Shown here piece by piece: positions 8,325-17,247 of a stretch of 27,338 nucleotides of DNA. The stretch is from an archaeon (lineage in GTDB: Archaea > Iainarchaeota > Iainarchaeia > Iainarchaeales > 0-14-0-20-34-12), in contig JBBSVU010000015.1 in NCBI GenBank assembly GCA_038046645.1, forward strand, positions 1 to 27,338. Direction: 5' to 3'. Each line of letters starts with the position of its first letter. Positions within the stretch are counted from its first letter, which is position 1. The position numbers and the translations under genes are program-made. The notes under the pieces were generated by a model. The model searched no databases. It saw nothing but the letters and a program-made list of their open reading frames with translations, and had not been told where the DNA came from.

Positions 8325-10754
8325 TTAGGTTAATTTTATCTTAAGTAAAGATTCTCCTCTTGTAGAAGCATATAGCATATTGTTTTTTTCATCATATGCC
8401 AAACCACTAATGCTGCTTTTTTCAGTTCCTTTGCCAAATAGCTGCCAACTATTGCCATCATTTGTAGAATACCAAACGCCATTTATTATGTTTTTTTGTA
8501 ATTCATACCAGTTGCTTTGTATAGGGTAGCTAACTGATTGCAACCCAACAAACAATCTGCCGTATTTATCTTTTACAATATTAGATGCAGTTGCCCCAGG
8601 GAAGAATGAACTCCAATTTTGACCTGCATCATTGCTTATAAATAATCCACCATCCCCGGTTTCAAATGTTAATGCAATAAAAGGCAGGTTTATGTAAGAT
8701 ATAGTTTTCCAGCCTATTTCGTTTATAAGCGGAACAGAAATTTTATTTTCCTGCAAATTATTTAAATTTTTGCTGTACCACAACAAAGAGTCTTTGTTTC
8801 TTATTAGCCAAAATGTAGAATTATTGTCAATATAAAAATTAAATTGATCTGGGTTAGTGTATATAAGTTCATATTCGTTAAAAGATTCATTTATTCTTTC
8901 AACTATCCGACCAGATGGACTCCATCCTTGTATATACCACCAACCATTGCTATAAATTGGGAGCGTATGTGCTGATACTTGGATTGTACTAAGTGGACTA
9001 TTGTTCCACATAAATTCAGATTTAGCATCATCTGCTTTTGGGCCTGTTGTCACAAATCCAGTTGACCACACTACTGTTTCATTGCAAACTTCATCTTTAT
9101 CAAATACCCCCCCGCCAGCATTCTCAGCAGTCAATAACATTGTTATTTCCCCATTTGGATTAATAAAATAAGACCCAACATGCCATAACCCAGTATAAAT
9201 CCGTGGGCATTTACTTACAGTAAGTCTTAATGAGTCCCCTAAATATAGGTCTTTGGCAATGTTCTTAATTTTGCCCAAACTGTAATCATATAAAAATAAC
9301 CCCTGATCTGTTGGCAATAAAACATTTATTTTTTGAGTAGCCATTAGTGACCCCGGTTCTTCCAGCTCTAATATTTTCATGTGCCCATATCTTAAATCTT
9401 GAGGCAATATTGATCTATATTTAGCAAAATTTTGTGGCCCTATTGTAAATGGCTCAATACAATCAACACAACTATCACTAAAATCGCTCACGTTATTAAA
9501 ATTCTCTCCTTCATTAAAAGATTCAAATAAGCCTTCCATATAGTAGAATACTGCTATATATTGTTCGTCTTTTTCTGATAGAACAACATCTTGGGGGTAA
9601 CCATCAATGTTTGTATAATTTAATGCCTTGGGTGAATTGGTTTGCCAAGTAAGTCCACTATCCAAGCTTTTTACAAGATTTAACTCATTACCCATTTTTT
9701 TAGTACTACCCATTACCACAATTCTTTTTCCATTCTCAGATATATCAAAGACTATCTTCTCTGAACCTATTCCCGAAAACGATTTAAGCTGTGTCCAATT
9801 TTTACCCCAATTACTAGAAAAAAATAAGTTATAATCAATATTTTCAACCCCTTCCTCTTGCTGTTCATTTGAAGATGCAAATAAGGCTATTCCTGATGGT
9901 TTAATTTTAAAATAACTTGTCTTTAAGGGCAAGGGATACTCATTCCAGCTTAATCCATCGTTCTCTGATAGGACTAAATCGTCACCACGTTTGATTAGGA
10001 TATGGGCATTATCCCACAGAATATCTGTTGCGTTGTTCTTGACGAATTTATATTCTGGGTAATTATATACTAATTCCCAATTTTTTCCTGAGTCTTTTGA
10101 TCCAAATATCTCGCCAAGATTAGTCATAACTAGGTAGCGTTTATCATTTAAAGGATCTATTGCAACTATTTGAATATAATTGCTTGGAAAATTTATTTTT
10201 TCCCATTTTTTGCCAAAATTATAACTCTTGTATAGCCCAGACCCTTCTGTACCTAACAGCAAATGATCATTGTTTTGTTTTGAATAATCAACGCTTGTTA
10301 CCACCCCAGTACCTTTAATTCCAAAATGTTCCCATGTCTTTGTTAAATTAGCATACATTTTGGTGGTAGCTATCTTGCTTTTTTTAACATCTTTTACAAT
10401 AGGAAAAGGAAATATCTTAATTAAGGCTTTTTCTTCCCATTCCTTGCCTTTCCTGAATTCTTTTGGCGGCCAATGTGTTCTAATCTGCACATATTTATAG
10501 TTAGTACTAACAAGTTTTTTTATGGAAGATATAGAATCTATTGAAACTAGTTTTGATGCTTTTAGGGAGTTTGTTTTTGCAGCACTTGTAACTATTTTAT
10601 TTTCAGATGCTTTTTGCTTTGCGCTGCTTAAAGAAACTAAACCAGTTTCTTTATTTGTTGGTGAATCTGGTGAATAAAATAAAAATATTGTTAAAAAACT
10701 TGATAAGAGAATTAGGCAGAAAATTGACAAATAAACTAAGTTATCATTCTTCAT
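8325..10754 (-). CDS. Membrane-anchored Asp-box (BNR) beta-propeller protein, VPS10/GH74/sialidase-like fold
   Basis: N-terminal TM; about eight SxDxGxxW-type boxes (SYNFGKKW, SKDSGKNW, SENDGLSW, SSNWGKNW, SLDSGLTW, SFNEGENF, SNDAGQNW, STNDGNSW). Confidence 0.8.
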   Translation of the reverse strand: MKNDNLVYLSIFCLILLSSFLTIFLFYSPDSPTNKETGLVSLSSAKQKASENKIVTSAAKTNSLKASKLVSIDSISSIKKLVSTNYKYVQIRTHWPPKEFRKGKEWEEKALIKIFPFPIVKDVKKSKIATTKMYANLTKTWEHFGIKGTGVVTSVDYSKQNNDHLLLGTEGSGLYKSYNFGKKWEKINFPSNYIQIVAIDPLNDKRYLVMTNLGEIFGSKDSGKNWELVYNYPEYKFVKNNATDILWDNAHILIKRGDDLVLSENDGLSWNEYPLPLKTSYFKIKPSGIALFASSNEQQEEGVENIDYNLFFSSNWGKNWTQLKSFSGIGSEKIVFDISENGKRIVVMGSTKKMGNELNLVKSLDSGLTWQTNSPKALNYTNIDGYPQDVVLSEKDEQYIAVFYYMEGLFESFNEGENFNNVSDFSDSCVDCIEPFTIGPQNFAKYRSILPQDLRYGHMKILELEEPGSLMATQKINVLLPTDQGLFLYDYSLGKIKNIAKDLYLGDSLRLTVSKCPRIYTGLWHVGSYFINPNGEITMLLTAENAGGGVFDKDEVCNETVVWSTGFVTTGPKADDAKSEFMWNNSPLSTIQVSAHTLPIYSNGWWYIQGWSPSGRIVERINESFNEYELIYTNPDQFNFYIDNNSTFWLIRNKDSLLWYSKNLNNLQENKISVPLINEIGWKTISYINLPFIALTFETGDGGLFISNDAGQNWSSFFPGATASNIVKDKYGRLFVGLQSVSYPIQSNWYELQKNIINGVWYSTNDGNSWQLFGKGTEKSSISGLAYDEKNNMLYASTRGESLLKIKLT

Positions 10755-10777
10755 ATATGTAAAATAGTGCTATTTGA

Positions 10778-11452
10778 TTATTTAATATTAATGTTATTTT
10801 CTTTCCCACATTCTTCAAAATAGGCGCAGGACGCGCACATCCAGCCTTTTCTGTCATTCATCTTTGCTTCTGCCGGCGGCATCTGATCCTGTTTCAAGTA
10901 AAAATCCATTGCCCTGAATCTGTCAAGTATTTCATTTACCTTATTTTCATCATATTGCACTTCAAAAATCCTGCTCTGTAATGTGTTTTTTTCAATATAA
11001 AGCACATAGCCCAAAGTCATTTTCTTTGCATATAAATACAATTGCAACTGCATCACATGGCTGTCCTGCGGTTCTTTCACATAATCTAATCTGGATGTTG
11101 ATTTTACCTCTAGCAGGGCTTTTTGGTTGTCAACTGTTACAAGAATAATATCATCTATTCTGCCAGAAATTATGAAATTATCAACATTCAGCAAAAAAGG
11201 GCTTTCAGCCTCAATCAGTTCCACATGCGGATTTTTCTCGCTGTTTAAGACATCAACCACAAAATTGTGAACAATATTCCCCATTTCAAAAATCTTTACT
11301 GTTTCAATGTCTGTTTCTTTTGGTTTTTTGTAGGAGTACCAACTTTTCCTCAAGCAATAGCCTACTTCACTTGGATAATACCTGCCAATTGTTTTTGGCC
11401 TTAGCTCCCTTTTGAGGTGGTTTGAAATCATTTCGTTAAAGTCTAAAGGCAT
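10778..11452 (-). CDS. Stand-alone Cas4-like PD-(D/E)XK exonuclease with 4Fe-4S ligands
   Basis: YCLRK, GNIVH, GRID, EVKS, QLQLY and C-terminal CASCAYFEEC. Confidence 0.88.
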   Translation of the reverse strand: MPLDFNEMISNHLKRELRPKTIGRYYPSEVGYCLRKSWYSYKKPKETDIETVKIFEMGNIVHNFVVDVLNSEKNPHVELIEAESPFLLNVDNFIISGRIDDIILVTVDNQKALLEVKSTSRLDYVKEPQDSHVMQLQLYLYAKKMTLGYVLYIEKNTLQSRIFEVQYDENKVNEILDRFRAMDFYLKQDQMPPAEAKMNDRKGWMCASCAYFEECGKENNINIK

Positions 11453-11609
11453 GGCAATCTACCAGAGAATTGTGAAATCTATTTAAGTAGGTTTTGCAGG
11501 TGGATTTCCCCTGAATAGGACCTTTGCTTTATTCAGACATAACTCTCATAGAATTAAAAAATGCCCCAAATTTTTTTCACAGTATTTCTTTATTTTCTCA
11601 CTGCCCGTG

Positions 11610-12017
11610 TTATATGATTTTCTTTTTTGTCACATAAGATATTATCATCCATGTGCCTATTGTAACTGCCATAACAAGCAGGCTGCCATAGGTAAATCTG
11701 TCTATCATATAATTGATATCTTTTCCGTAGAAAAGGAATCTTATTGTAATCTTTAATCCATGTATTGCTATTGCAAACAAGGCCCCATTAAACAAAACCT
11801 GTTTTAGGTTAAAATTATTTTTTATGATTTGATAAGATAAGGCAAGCGCAACAGCCAATTCCCAAAGCCATTGGCTTATATTTACTAAAATAGGGTATTT
11901 GTCATTAAGGGGAAGCACAATAGCATATTGTGAGATTACAACCAATATGCATGCGATGAAATAATATTTTATTGGAAGAATATATTCTTTTAGTGGTTTT
12001 TCAAAAATTCTAATCAT
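11610..12017 (-). CDS. Small multi-TM membrane protein of unknown function (135 aa)
   Basis: About four hydrophobic segments; ATG 12017 overlaps the TrmB stop (ATGA), preferred over the ORF-track start. Confidence 0.7.
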   Translation of the reverse strand: MIRIFEKPLKEYILPIKYYFIACILVVISQYAIVLPLNDKYPILVNISQWLWELAVALALSYQIIKNNFNLKQVLFNGALFAIAIHGLKITIRFLFYGKDINYMIDRFTYGSLLVMAVTIGTWMIISYVTKKKII

Positions 12018-12775
12018 AAAGTAACTACCCTGGCTTTTTTCCACATCAGATTGAAATAATCCATATGTGTTTTCACAATTTCCCTGTTTTTTATTGCTGT
12101 GCATATTTGTTCTTCATCAGTCACAATAATTGTTCCGACAAAATCTTTGAAAATATATAAAAAAGTAGGGCTATTTTGCCCTTCAGGAAATACTCTATAT
12201 TCAATGAGCTTTCTTTTTTCCCTTTTTTTGTACTGCCAGGAATCAAAATTATAAATTGATCTGCAGAAAATGCCTTTCTCTGCCCTTCTCCTGTGAAAAT
12301 CCTTAAAATAATTATTAAACAAACGGCTTATTTCTTTTGACACCCCTAAAGTGTACATGGTTTCGCCTTTTTTCATTTCCCTTAGCCCTAATTCAAAAAA
12401 TGCCTTTATCCCATTTATCCCTCTGTAGATTTCAACCCTTTCCTCTTCCTTAATTAATCCTTTTTTCTTTTCTAGATGTGGAATTAATTCCTGAAGTTTT
12501 TTTTCAGTTTCTTTTATTTTATTTTCCCGTTCTTCAACCATTTTTAATAAATATTTTGGTTCTGCTGGCAAGAATCTTTTAACCTTGCCTTCAATTGATG
12601 CAGTTGCTAAGCCCTTTTCAACAAGCCTTTCCAAAATGTGATAAATTTTTGATGGTGAAACCTTTGATTGTTCAATCAATGGCCCGACAGATGTTTTTCC
12701 TAATCCCAAAAGCGCAATATATGTTCTTATTTCCCCTTCAGTCAAACCGATTTCACTTAATGCTGAATAATCCAT
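12014..12775 (-). CDS. TrmB-family transcriptional regulator
   Basis: LSEIGLTEGEIRTYIALL...SKIYHILERLVEKGL wHTH; EIYRGINGIK linker; C-terminal effector domain ending FNLMWK. Confidence 0.9.
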   Translation of the reverse strand: MDYSALSEIGLTEGEIRTYIALLGLGKTSVGPLIEQSKVSPSKIYHILERLVEKGLATASIEGKVKRFLPAEPKYLLKMVEERENKIKETEKKLQELIPHLEKKKGLIKEEERVEIYRGINGIKAFFELGLREMKKGETMYTLGVSKEISRLFNNYFKDFHRRRAEKGIFCRSIYNFDSWQYKKREKRKLIEYRVFPEGQNSPTFLYIFKDFVGTIIVTDEEQICTAIKNREIVKTHMDYFNLMWKKARVVTL

Positions 12776-12815
12776 ATCATAATATTGCCTTAAACCCTTA
12801 TATATCTTTTGTTTA

Positions 12816-12834
12816 TTACCCCCCTAGGGGGTGG
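12816..12834. promoter_or_regulatory. Candidate TrmB operator in the divergent promoter
   Basis: Perfect CCCCCTAGGGGG palindrome (12820-12831) in an AT-rich intergenic region between TATA-like elements. Confidence 0.55.
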
Positions 12835-12882
12835 TTAAAGTATTAATACACTTAAGGCCATTATGTCTTAGAGGCAAAAAAT

Positions 12883-13416
12883 ATGTTTCATCACTATGTT
12901 GGAAAAAAATTATCAAGAAGCGAGAAAATTGAAAAGCTTGTGCTCGAAGAAATATTAAACCCGAAAATTCCCGAAGCTGAAAGGGAAAATTCTGTTGCCT
13001 GGGAGCTTAAACACAGCTCTGGTATGATTCAGATTGCAAAATTGCTTGCAATCAAGCGCTCCTTAGATGCCGAAAAAGCAATTGTTGCTGCAGCTTTGCA
13101 TGATATTTCCGCCATACAAACCGGAAAATATGAAAAACATGCAGTAAGAGGCGCGGAACTCGCCAAAGAAATTTTGCAAAATAATGGATTTTCAAAAAAA
13201 GAAATAAAGGATATATGTGATGCAATTGCTTTGCACAGCGAAAAGGAGAAATATTCTAAAAACAAATTGGCAGAACTGTTGAAAGATGCAGATCTGCTTG
13301 ATTGCCTGCTTTATGACACAAATATTTATTCTGAAAAGCCAAAAAATATCCAGCAAGCGATAAAAAAACGGTTTAGAAAGGTTTGTAAGGAGCTTGGGCT
13401 GAGGTGTTTTATATGA
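12883..13416 (+). CDS. HD-domain metal-dependent phosphohydrolase
   Basis: H...ALHDIS...HAVRGA...LHS...DADLLD. Confidence 0.88.
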   Translation: MFHHYVGKKLSRSEKIEKLVLEEILNPKIPEAERENSVAWELKHSSGMIQIAKLLAIKRSLDAEKAIVAAALHDISAIQTGKYEKHAVRGAELAKEILQNNGFSKKEIKDICDAIALHSEKEKYSKNKLAELLKDADLLDCLLYDTNIYSEKPKNIQQAIKKRFRKVCKELGLRCFI

Positions 13417-14777
13417 ACTGGCAGAAATATTATTCAAGGGAATATGGCGTGCAGTATTCTGAAGTAGCATTATGGATGCAGTTTGTGAATGATAAAAACA
13501 TCACGCTTAAACCAATTAAAAATCAGGCGTTTGTTCCGGAAAATAACAACGAATGTTACTATGCAAAAGCAGATGAATGGGCTGATCTCGAATTATTTTT
13601 GTCTGAAACCTATGGCTCAAACCCTGTGATCGTGGAAAAATTCATAAATGATTATTTTGATTTGGGAAACAAATATGTTGAAGAATCCAAAAAAATATCG
13701 GGCATGAAATATGCGAATAATAAGGAAATTTTGAATGCTTATGGAAAATATTGGATTGTCTGGACACAATATTCTGCTGCACTTTTAGCTGCATTTATAC
13801 TGAATGATTATTATGCGCATTTGGCGCACGAAAAAATCCAGAAATATATCGAAAAAATAACTGATGAAAAATTAGTGAAGGAATACGAGGCAGAACTTTT
13901 AAGGCCATCGAGAAGAGCAGCGCTTTTGCAGCTGAATGATGAAACAAAAAATAAAAAATTTGATGAATTGTTTGAAGAATATCGTTGGCTTTCTTGCTTG
14001 GATATCCATAACCGGCCATTTTCAAAAGAAAAATTTAAGGAATTTTTAGAACATTTGGGCGGTAACGCAAAAAATCAGCACAGCTTTGAAGAAATTGCCT
14101 TGAAATTGAATATTTCACAGTATGATTTGGAATTAATAAAAATTGCAAAGGATCTTGCATACTTAAAAGATGTTCGGGATGATTTTAGGAGAAAGGGCAT
14201 TTTTTATTCACAGCCATTCTTCGAATTAATCGCGAAAAAAATGAATTTGGCGCTTGAAGATTTCTCTTATGTGCTGAAAAATGAGATTATTGAATTCTTA
14301 AGAAGCGGAAAATTGGTTGAAAAAGAATTGGTTGAAGAAAGGAGAAAAGGATTTTTGATTTTTATTGAAAATGAAAAAACAGTTTGTGTTTCCGGCGAGG
14401 ATATAGGCAAAGCGCTTTCAGAAAAATTGCATTTCACAACATCTGAAGCAAAAAGCACGCTTATTCTTGAAGGTTTGGCGGCAAGCAAGGGAATTGCTGA
14501 AGGGCCTGCAAGAATAGTGAAAGGGATTGATGATATGAAAAATGTGCAGAAAGGAGATATTTTAATTGCTGTTACGACCCATCCTGATTATGTTGTTGCA
14601 ATGAATAAAGCTATAGCAATTGTTACTGATGAAGGCGGAATGTTGTGCCATGCGGCAATTGTTTCAAGGGAAATGAAAAAGCCTTGCGTTACAGGCACAA
14701 AGGATGCAACAAAAATCTTCAGCAATGGCCAGAAAGTTATTGTTGATGGCTATAAAGGGATTGTTAAATCGGCCTAA
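13413..14777 (+). CDS. PEP-utilising enzyme phosphohistidine (mobile/swivel) domain protein, without ATP-grasp domain
   Basis: C-terminal LEGLAASKG...GDILIA...TDEGGMLCHAAIVSREMKKPCV...VDGYKG; ATGA overlap with the HD stop and GAGGTG SD. Confidence 0.85.
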   Translation: MNWQKYYSREYGVQYSEVALWMQFVNDKNITLKPIKNQAFVPENNNECYYAKADEWADLELFLSETYGSNPVIVEKFINDYFDLGNKYVEESKKISGMKYANNKEILNAYGKYWIVWTQYSAALLAAFILNDYYAHLAHEKIQKYIEKITDEKLVKEYEAELLRPSRRAALLQLNDETKNKKFDELFEEYRWLSCLDIHNRPFSKEKFKEFLEHLGGNAKNQHSFEEIALKLNISQYDLELIKIAKDLAYLKDVRDDFRRKGIFYSQPFFELIAKKMNLALEDFSYVLKNEIIEFLRSGKLVEKELVEERRKGFLIFIENEKTVCVSGEDIGKALSEKLHFTTSEAKSTLILEGLAASKGIAEGPARIVKGIDDMKNVQKGDILIAVTTHPDYVVAMNKAIAIVTDEGGMLCHAAIVSREMKKPCVTGTKDATKIFSNGQKVIVDGYKGIVKSA

Positions 14778-14880
14778 TTGTGTGTTTCAACACCCTGAAA
14801 AAGCTGCGCAATCTTTTTATATTCAAACCACTTATTACTATTATTCTCTATATTTACATAGATTGATTTTTGGTGATGGG

Positions 14881-16407
14881 ATGATTAATGGTCATTATAC
14901 TAAGCAATTGAGGGCAAAGCATGTCGCTTTGGATGCGGGAAAATATATTGCTATTTTGAATGAAATTGATGGAAAAGAATTGGGAATACATGCGCTTGAC
15001 AGGATTGAATTGCGCAATCCAAAAACCAACAAATCAATTGTAACTGTTGTTGACCTTACTAATAAATTGGTTGCACCAGGGGAAGTAGGTGTATTTGAGA
15101 GTGTTGTGCAGGCAATAGGAATTGATGATTCAAGCATGCTTGATGTAAAAGCTGTTTCAGCACCAAGAAGCCTTGAGTTTATAAAAAAGAAAATGGAAGG
15201 CAAGGAACTGAGCAAGGAAGAGATATTTGAAATTGTGCGTGATTTGGACATAAATAGAATAAGTGAGATTGAGGCATCCGCATTTGTTTCTTCTGTTTTT
15301 ATTAGGGGCTATACTCAGGATGAAACTACCTTTATGACGCAGGCTTTAGTGGAAAATGGGAATAGATTAAGCATAAATGCAGCGCCAGTTGTAGACAAGC
15401 ATTCAATTGGCGGGTTAAATGGAAGGGCAACCATGATTATTGTGCCAATTGTAGCAGCAGCAGGATTATTCTGCCCGAAAACATCATCTCGAAGCATTAC
15501 ATCAGCAGCAGGCACAGCAGATTCCATGGAAGTATTGGCAAATGTTTCCCTGCCTGTTGAAAAAATAAAAGAGATTACTGAAAATATTGGCGCAGTAATT
15601 GTTTGGGGCGGTTCTTTAGATTTAGCGCCTGTTGATGATAAGATAATTAAAATTGAACATCCTTTATCCTTAGATCCTCCGGGGCAGATTGTTGCGAGTG
15701 TCCTTGCAAAGAAAGCCTCTGTAGGTGCACATTATGTTGTAATAGATATTCCTGTCGGTCCTGCAATGAAAGTAAAGGATATTCAAAATGCTGAAAAATT
15801 GGCAAATATGTTTATTGGGGTTGGGAAAAAAATTGGGCTAACAGTTGAATCAGTGTTAACTGATGGAACACAACCATCAGGAAAGGCATTTGGCCCTGCA
15901 CTGGAAGCAAAGTATGCTATGGAAGTTTTAGAAGGGAAAATATTTGATGAATTGGCACAAAAAAGCTGTGAATTGGCTGGCGTAATTTTTGAATTGGTTG
16001 GAAAGGCAAAGCCAGGCTTAGGCACAGACATGGCAAAAGAGATTTTGAAATCAGGGAAAGCGCTTGAAAAGATGAAGCAAATAATTAAGGCGCAGGGCGC
16101 AAAAGCACTGTCTTCAGCAGAAGTTAAGCTTAGTGACAAATTTGTTGAAATTAAATCAATGAAAGATGGAGAAATAAGCTCATTTGACATTAAAGAATTA
16201 ATTAAAATAGCAAGAATAGCCGGAGCTCCAGCAGATTCGCAGGCCGGGATATTGTTAAGTGTAGAGCTTGGTGAAAAGGTAAAAGAAAACACAGTCTTAT
16301 TCAAGATTTACGGAAACAATGATACAAAGCTTGAATTGGCAAGGAAATATGCTAATCAGCATACTGTCATAAATTTAGAAAGCATGATTTTGGGAAAATA
16401 TACTTAA
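14881..16407 (+). CDS. AMP phosphorylase (thymidine phosphorylase family, archaeal type)
   Basis: DKHSIGG, PKTSSRSITSAAGTAD, APVDDKII, IDIPVG, GPALEA; N-terminal extension typical of AMP phosphorylases; GGTGA SD before ATG 14881. Confidence 0.92.
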   Translation: MINGHYTKQLRAKHVALDAGKYIAILNEIDGKELGIHALDRIELRNPKTNKSIVTVVDLTNKLVAPGEVGVFESVVQAIGIDDSSMLDVKAVSAPRSLEFIKKKMEGKELSKEEIFEIVRDLDINRISEIEASAFVSSVFIRGYTQDETTFMTQALVENGNRLSINAAPVVDKHSIGGLNGRATMIIVPIVAAAGLFCPKTSSRSITSAAGTADSMEVLANVSLPVEKIKEITENIGAVIVWGGSLDLAPVDDKIIKIEHPLSLDPPGQIVASVLAKKASVGAHYVVIDIPVGPAMKVKDIQNAEKLANMFIGVGKKIGLTVESVLTDGTQPSGKAFGPALEAKYAMEVLEGKIFDELAQKSCELAGVIFELVGKAKPGLGTDMAKEILKSGKALEKMKQIIKAQGAKALSSAEVKLSDKFVEIKSMKDGEISSFDIKELIKIARIAGAPADSQAGILLSVELGEKVKENTVLFKIYGNNDTKLELARKYANQHTVINLESMILGKYT

Positions 16408-16420
16408 TTTTTATTATAGG

Positions 16421-16771
16421 TTATGTCCCAAGTTTTATTTCAATCGAACTGAACCTTGGCTTTAAATAAACCATTTGCCTTTCCTTTGCTTTTTTTAGCA
16501 TTTGATGCTTTGCCAGCAATTTAACGTCCCTGCTCACAGATTCCTGCTTCCTATTAAGCTCTTCTGCAAGCTCTGACAATGTTTTTTTCTCAAACCGCTC
16601 TTTAGTTAATTTTATCAAAAGTTCTAGCTTCTTAGGGGACAAAATATGCGGCAGTTCTTCAACACTTTTTAGATAAACAGTATGTGTGCCTGGTTTTGCC
16701 TTTGAAGGATCTTCAAATACTTCTTTCATATCTTTTTCCATATTTCCGCCGATCTTTATAATAAGTCTCAT
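16421..16771 (-). CDS. Small wHTH regulator / putative antitoxin (COG4190 / HVO_A0114-like), paralog 1
   Basis: YLKSVEELPHILSPKKLELL...SELAEELNRKQESVSRDVKLL; clearly homologous to 19902..20279. Confidence 0.75.
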   Translation of the reverse strand: MRLIIKIGGNMEKDMKEVFEDPSKAKPGTHTVYLKSVEELPHILSPKKLELLIKLTKERFEKKTLSELAEELNRKQESVSRDVKLLAKHQMLKKAKERQMVYLKPRFSSIEIKLGT

Positions 16772-16790
16772 ATGTGTTCACGCTAAAGTA

Positions 16791-16811
16791 ATATAACCTA
16801 CTATGTTATAT
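16791..16811. promoter_or_regulatory. Palindromic operator ATATAAC-N7-GTTATAT overlapping a TATA box upstream of paralog 1
   Basis: Arms at 16791-16797 and 16805-16811; minus-strand TTTATATA at 16814-16807; identical arms recur at 20301-20320. Confidence 0.65.
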
Positions 16812-17149
16812 AAATATATCTTTATCCTCAATAAATCTTGCCCTGTATCTCTGCCAATTTTTGCGGATAATTTCCATAAGCTCATGCATAGTGTTAAAGC
16901 TTTTCTCTTTATCCAAATATTTTTTTTCAATAGGGTGCAAAAGAAATAATGGACATTTAATTTCTCAATCTTGCTGCAGTCATATTTTACTATTTCAAAT
17001 GTTACGCCATTAATCTCAGCCAAGTAAATAATTGCAAATTCTTCTATTGATTTAAAATCTGAAGCAAATATGTACCTCGAAAATAGCCTATTCATATTCT
17101 CTTTGTCAAGAGCTTCACTCCAGCACTGTTCTCTTTCTTTTCCTGACAT
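16806..17149 (-). pseudogene. Frameshifted putative toxin gene (DUF6516/TumE-like or related family)
   Basis: MSGKERE...FEIVKYD...VHYF continues in the -1 frame as ..KKYLDKEKSFNTMHELMEIIRKNWQRYRARFIEDKDIFI*, whose IRKNWQRYR matches IKENWEKYK of the paralog at 20342; shift lies near 16920-16945 (A8 run). Confidence 0.6.
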
Positions 17150-17247
17150 TACCAACCCTTTAGCACAGAAATTAGGTTACGATTGCTTTAAAAATCTGAA
17201 TTTCAAATTAGTAAACTTAGTGGTTGATTTTTATTAAACTGATTTTA

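Noticed and set aside
10778..11609. CRISPR-Cas locus around the Cas4-like gene
   Set aside because: No repeat-spacer array and no other cas genes seen
13413..14777. Calling this PEP synthase or rifampin phosphotransferase
   Set aside because: Too short and no recognisable ATP-grasp domain; only the His domain is supported
14704..14880. 59-aa N-terminal extension of AMP phosphorylase in the ORF track
   Set aside because: Overlaps the upstream gene and spans a TATA-like spacer; GGTGA SD supports ATG 14881
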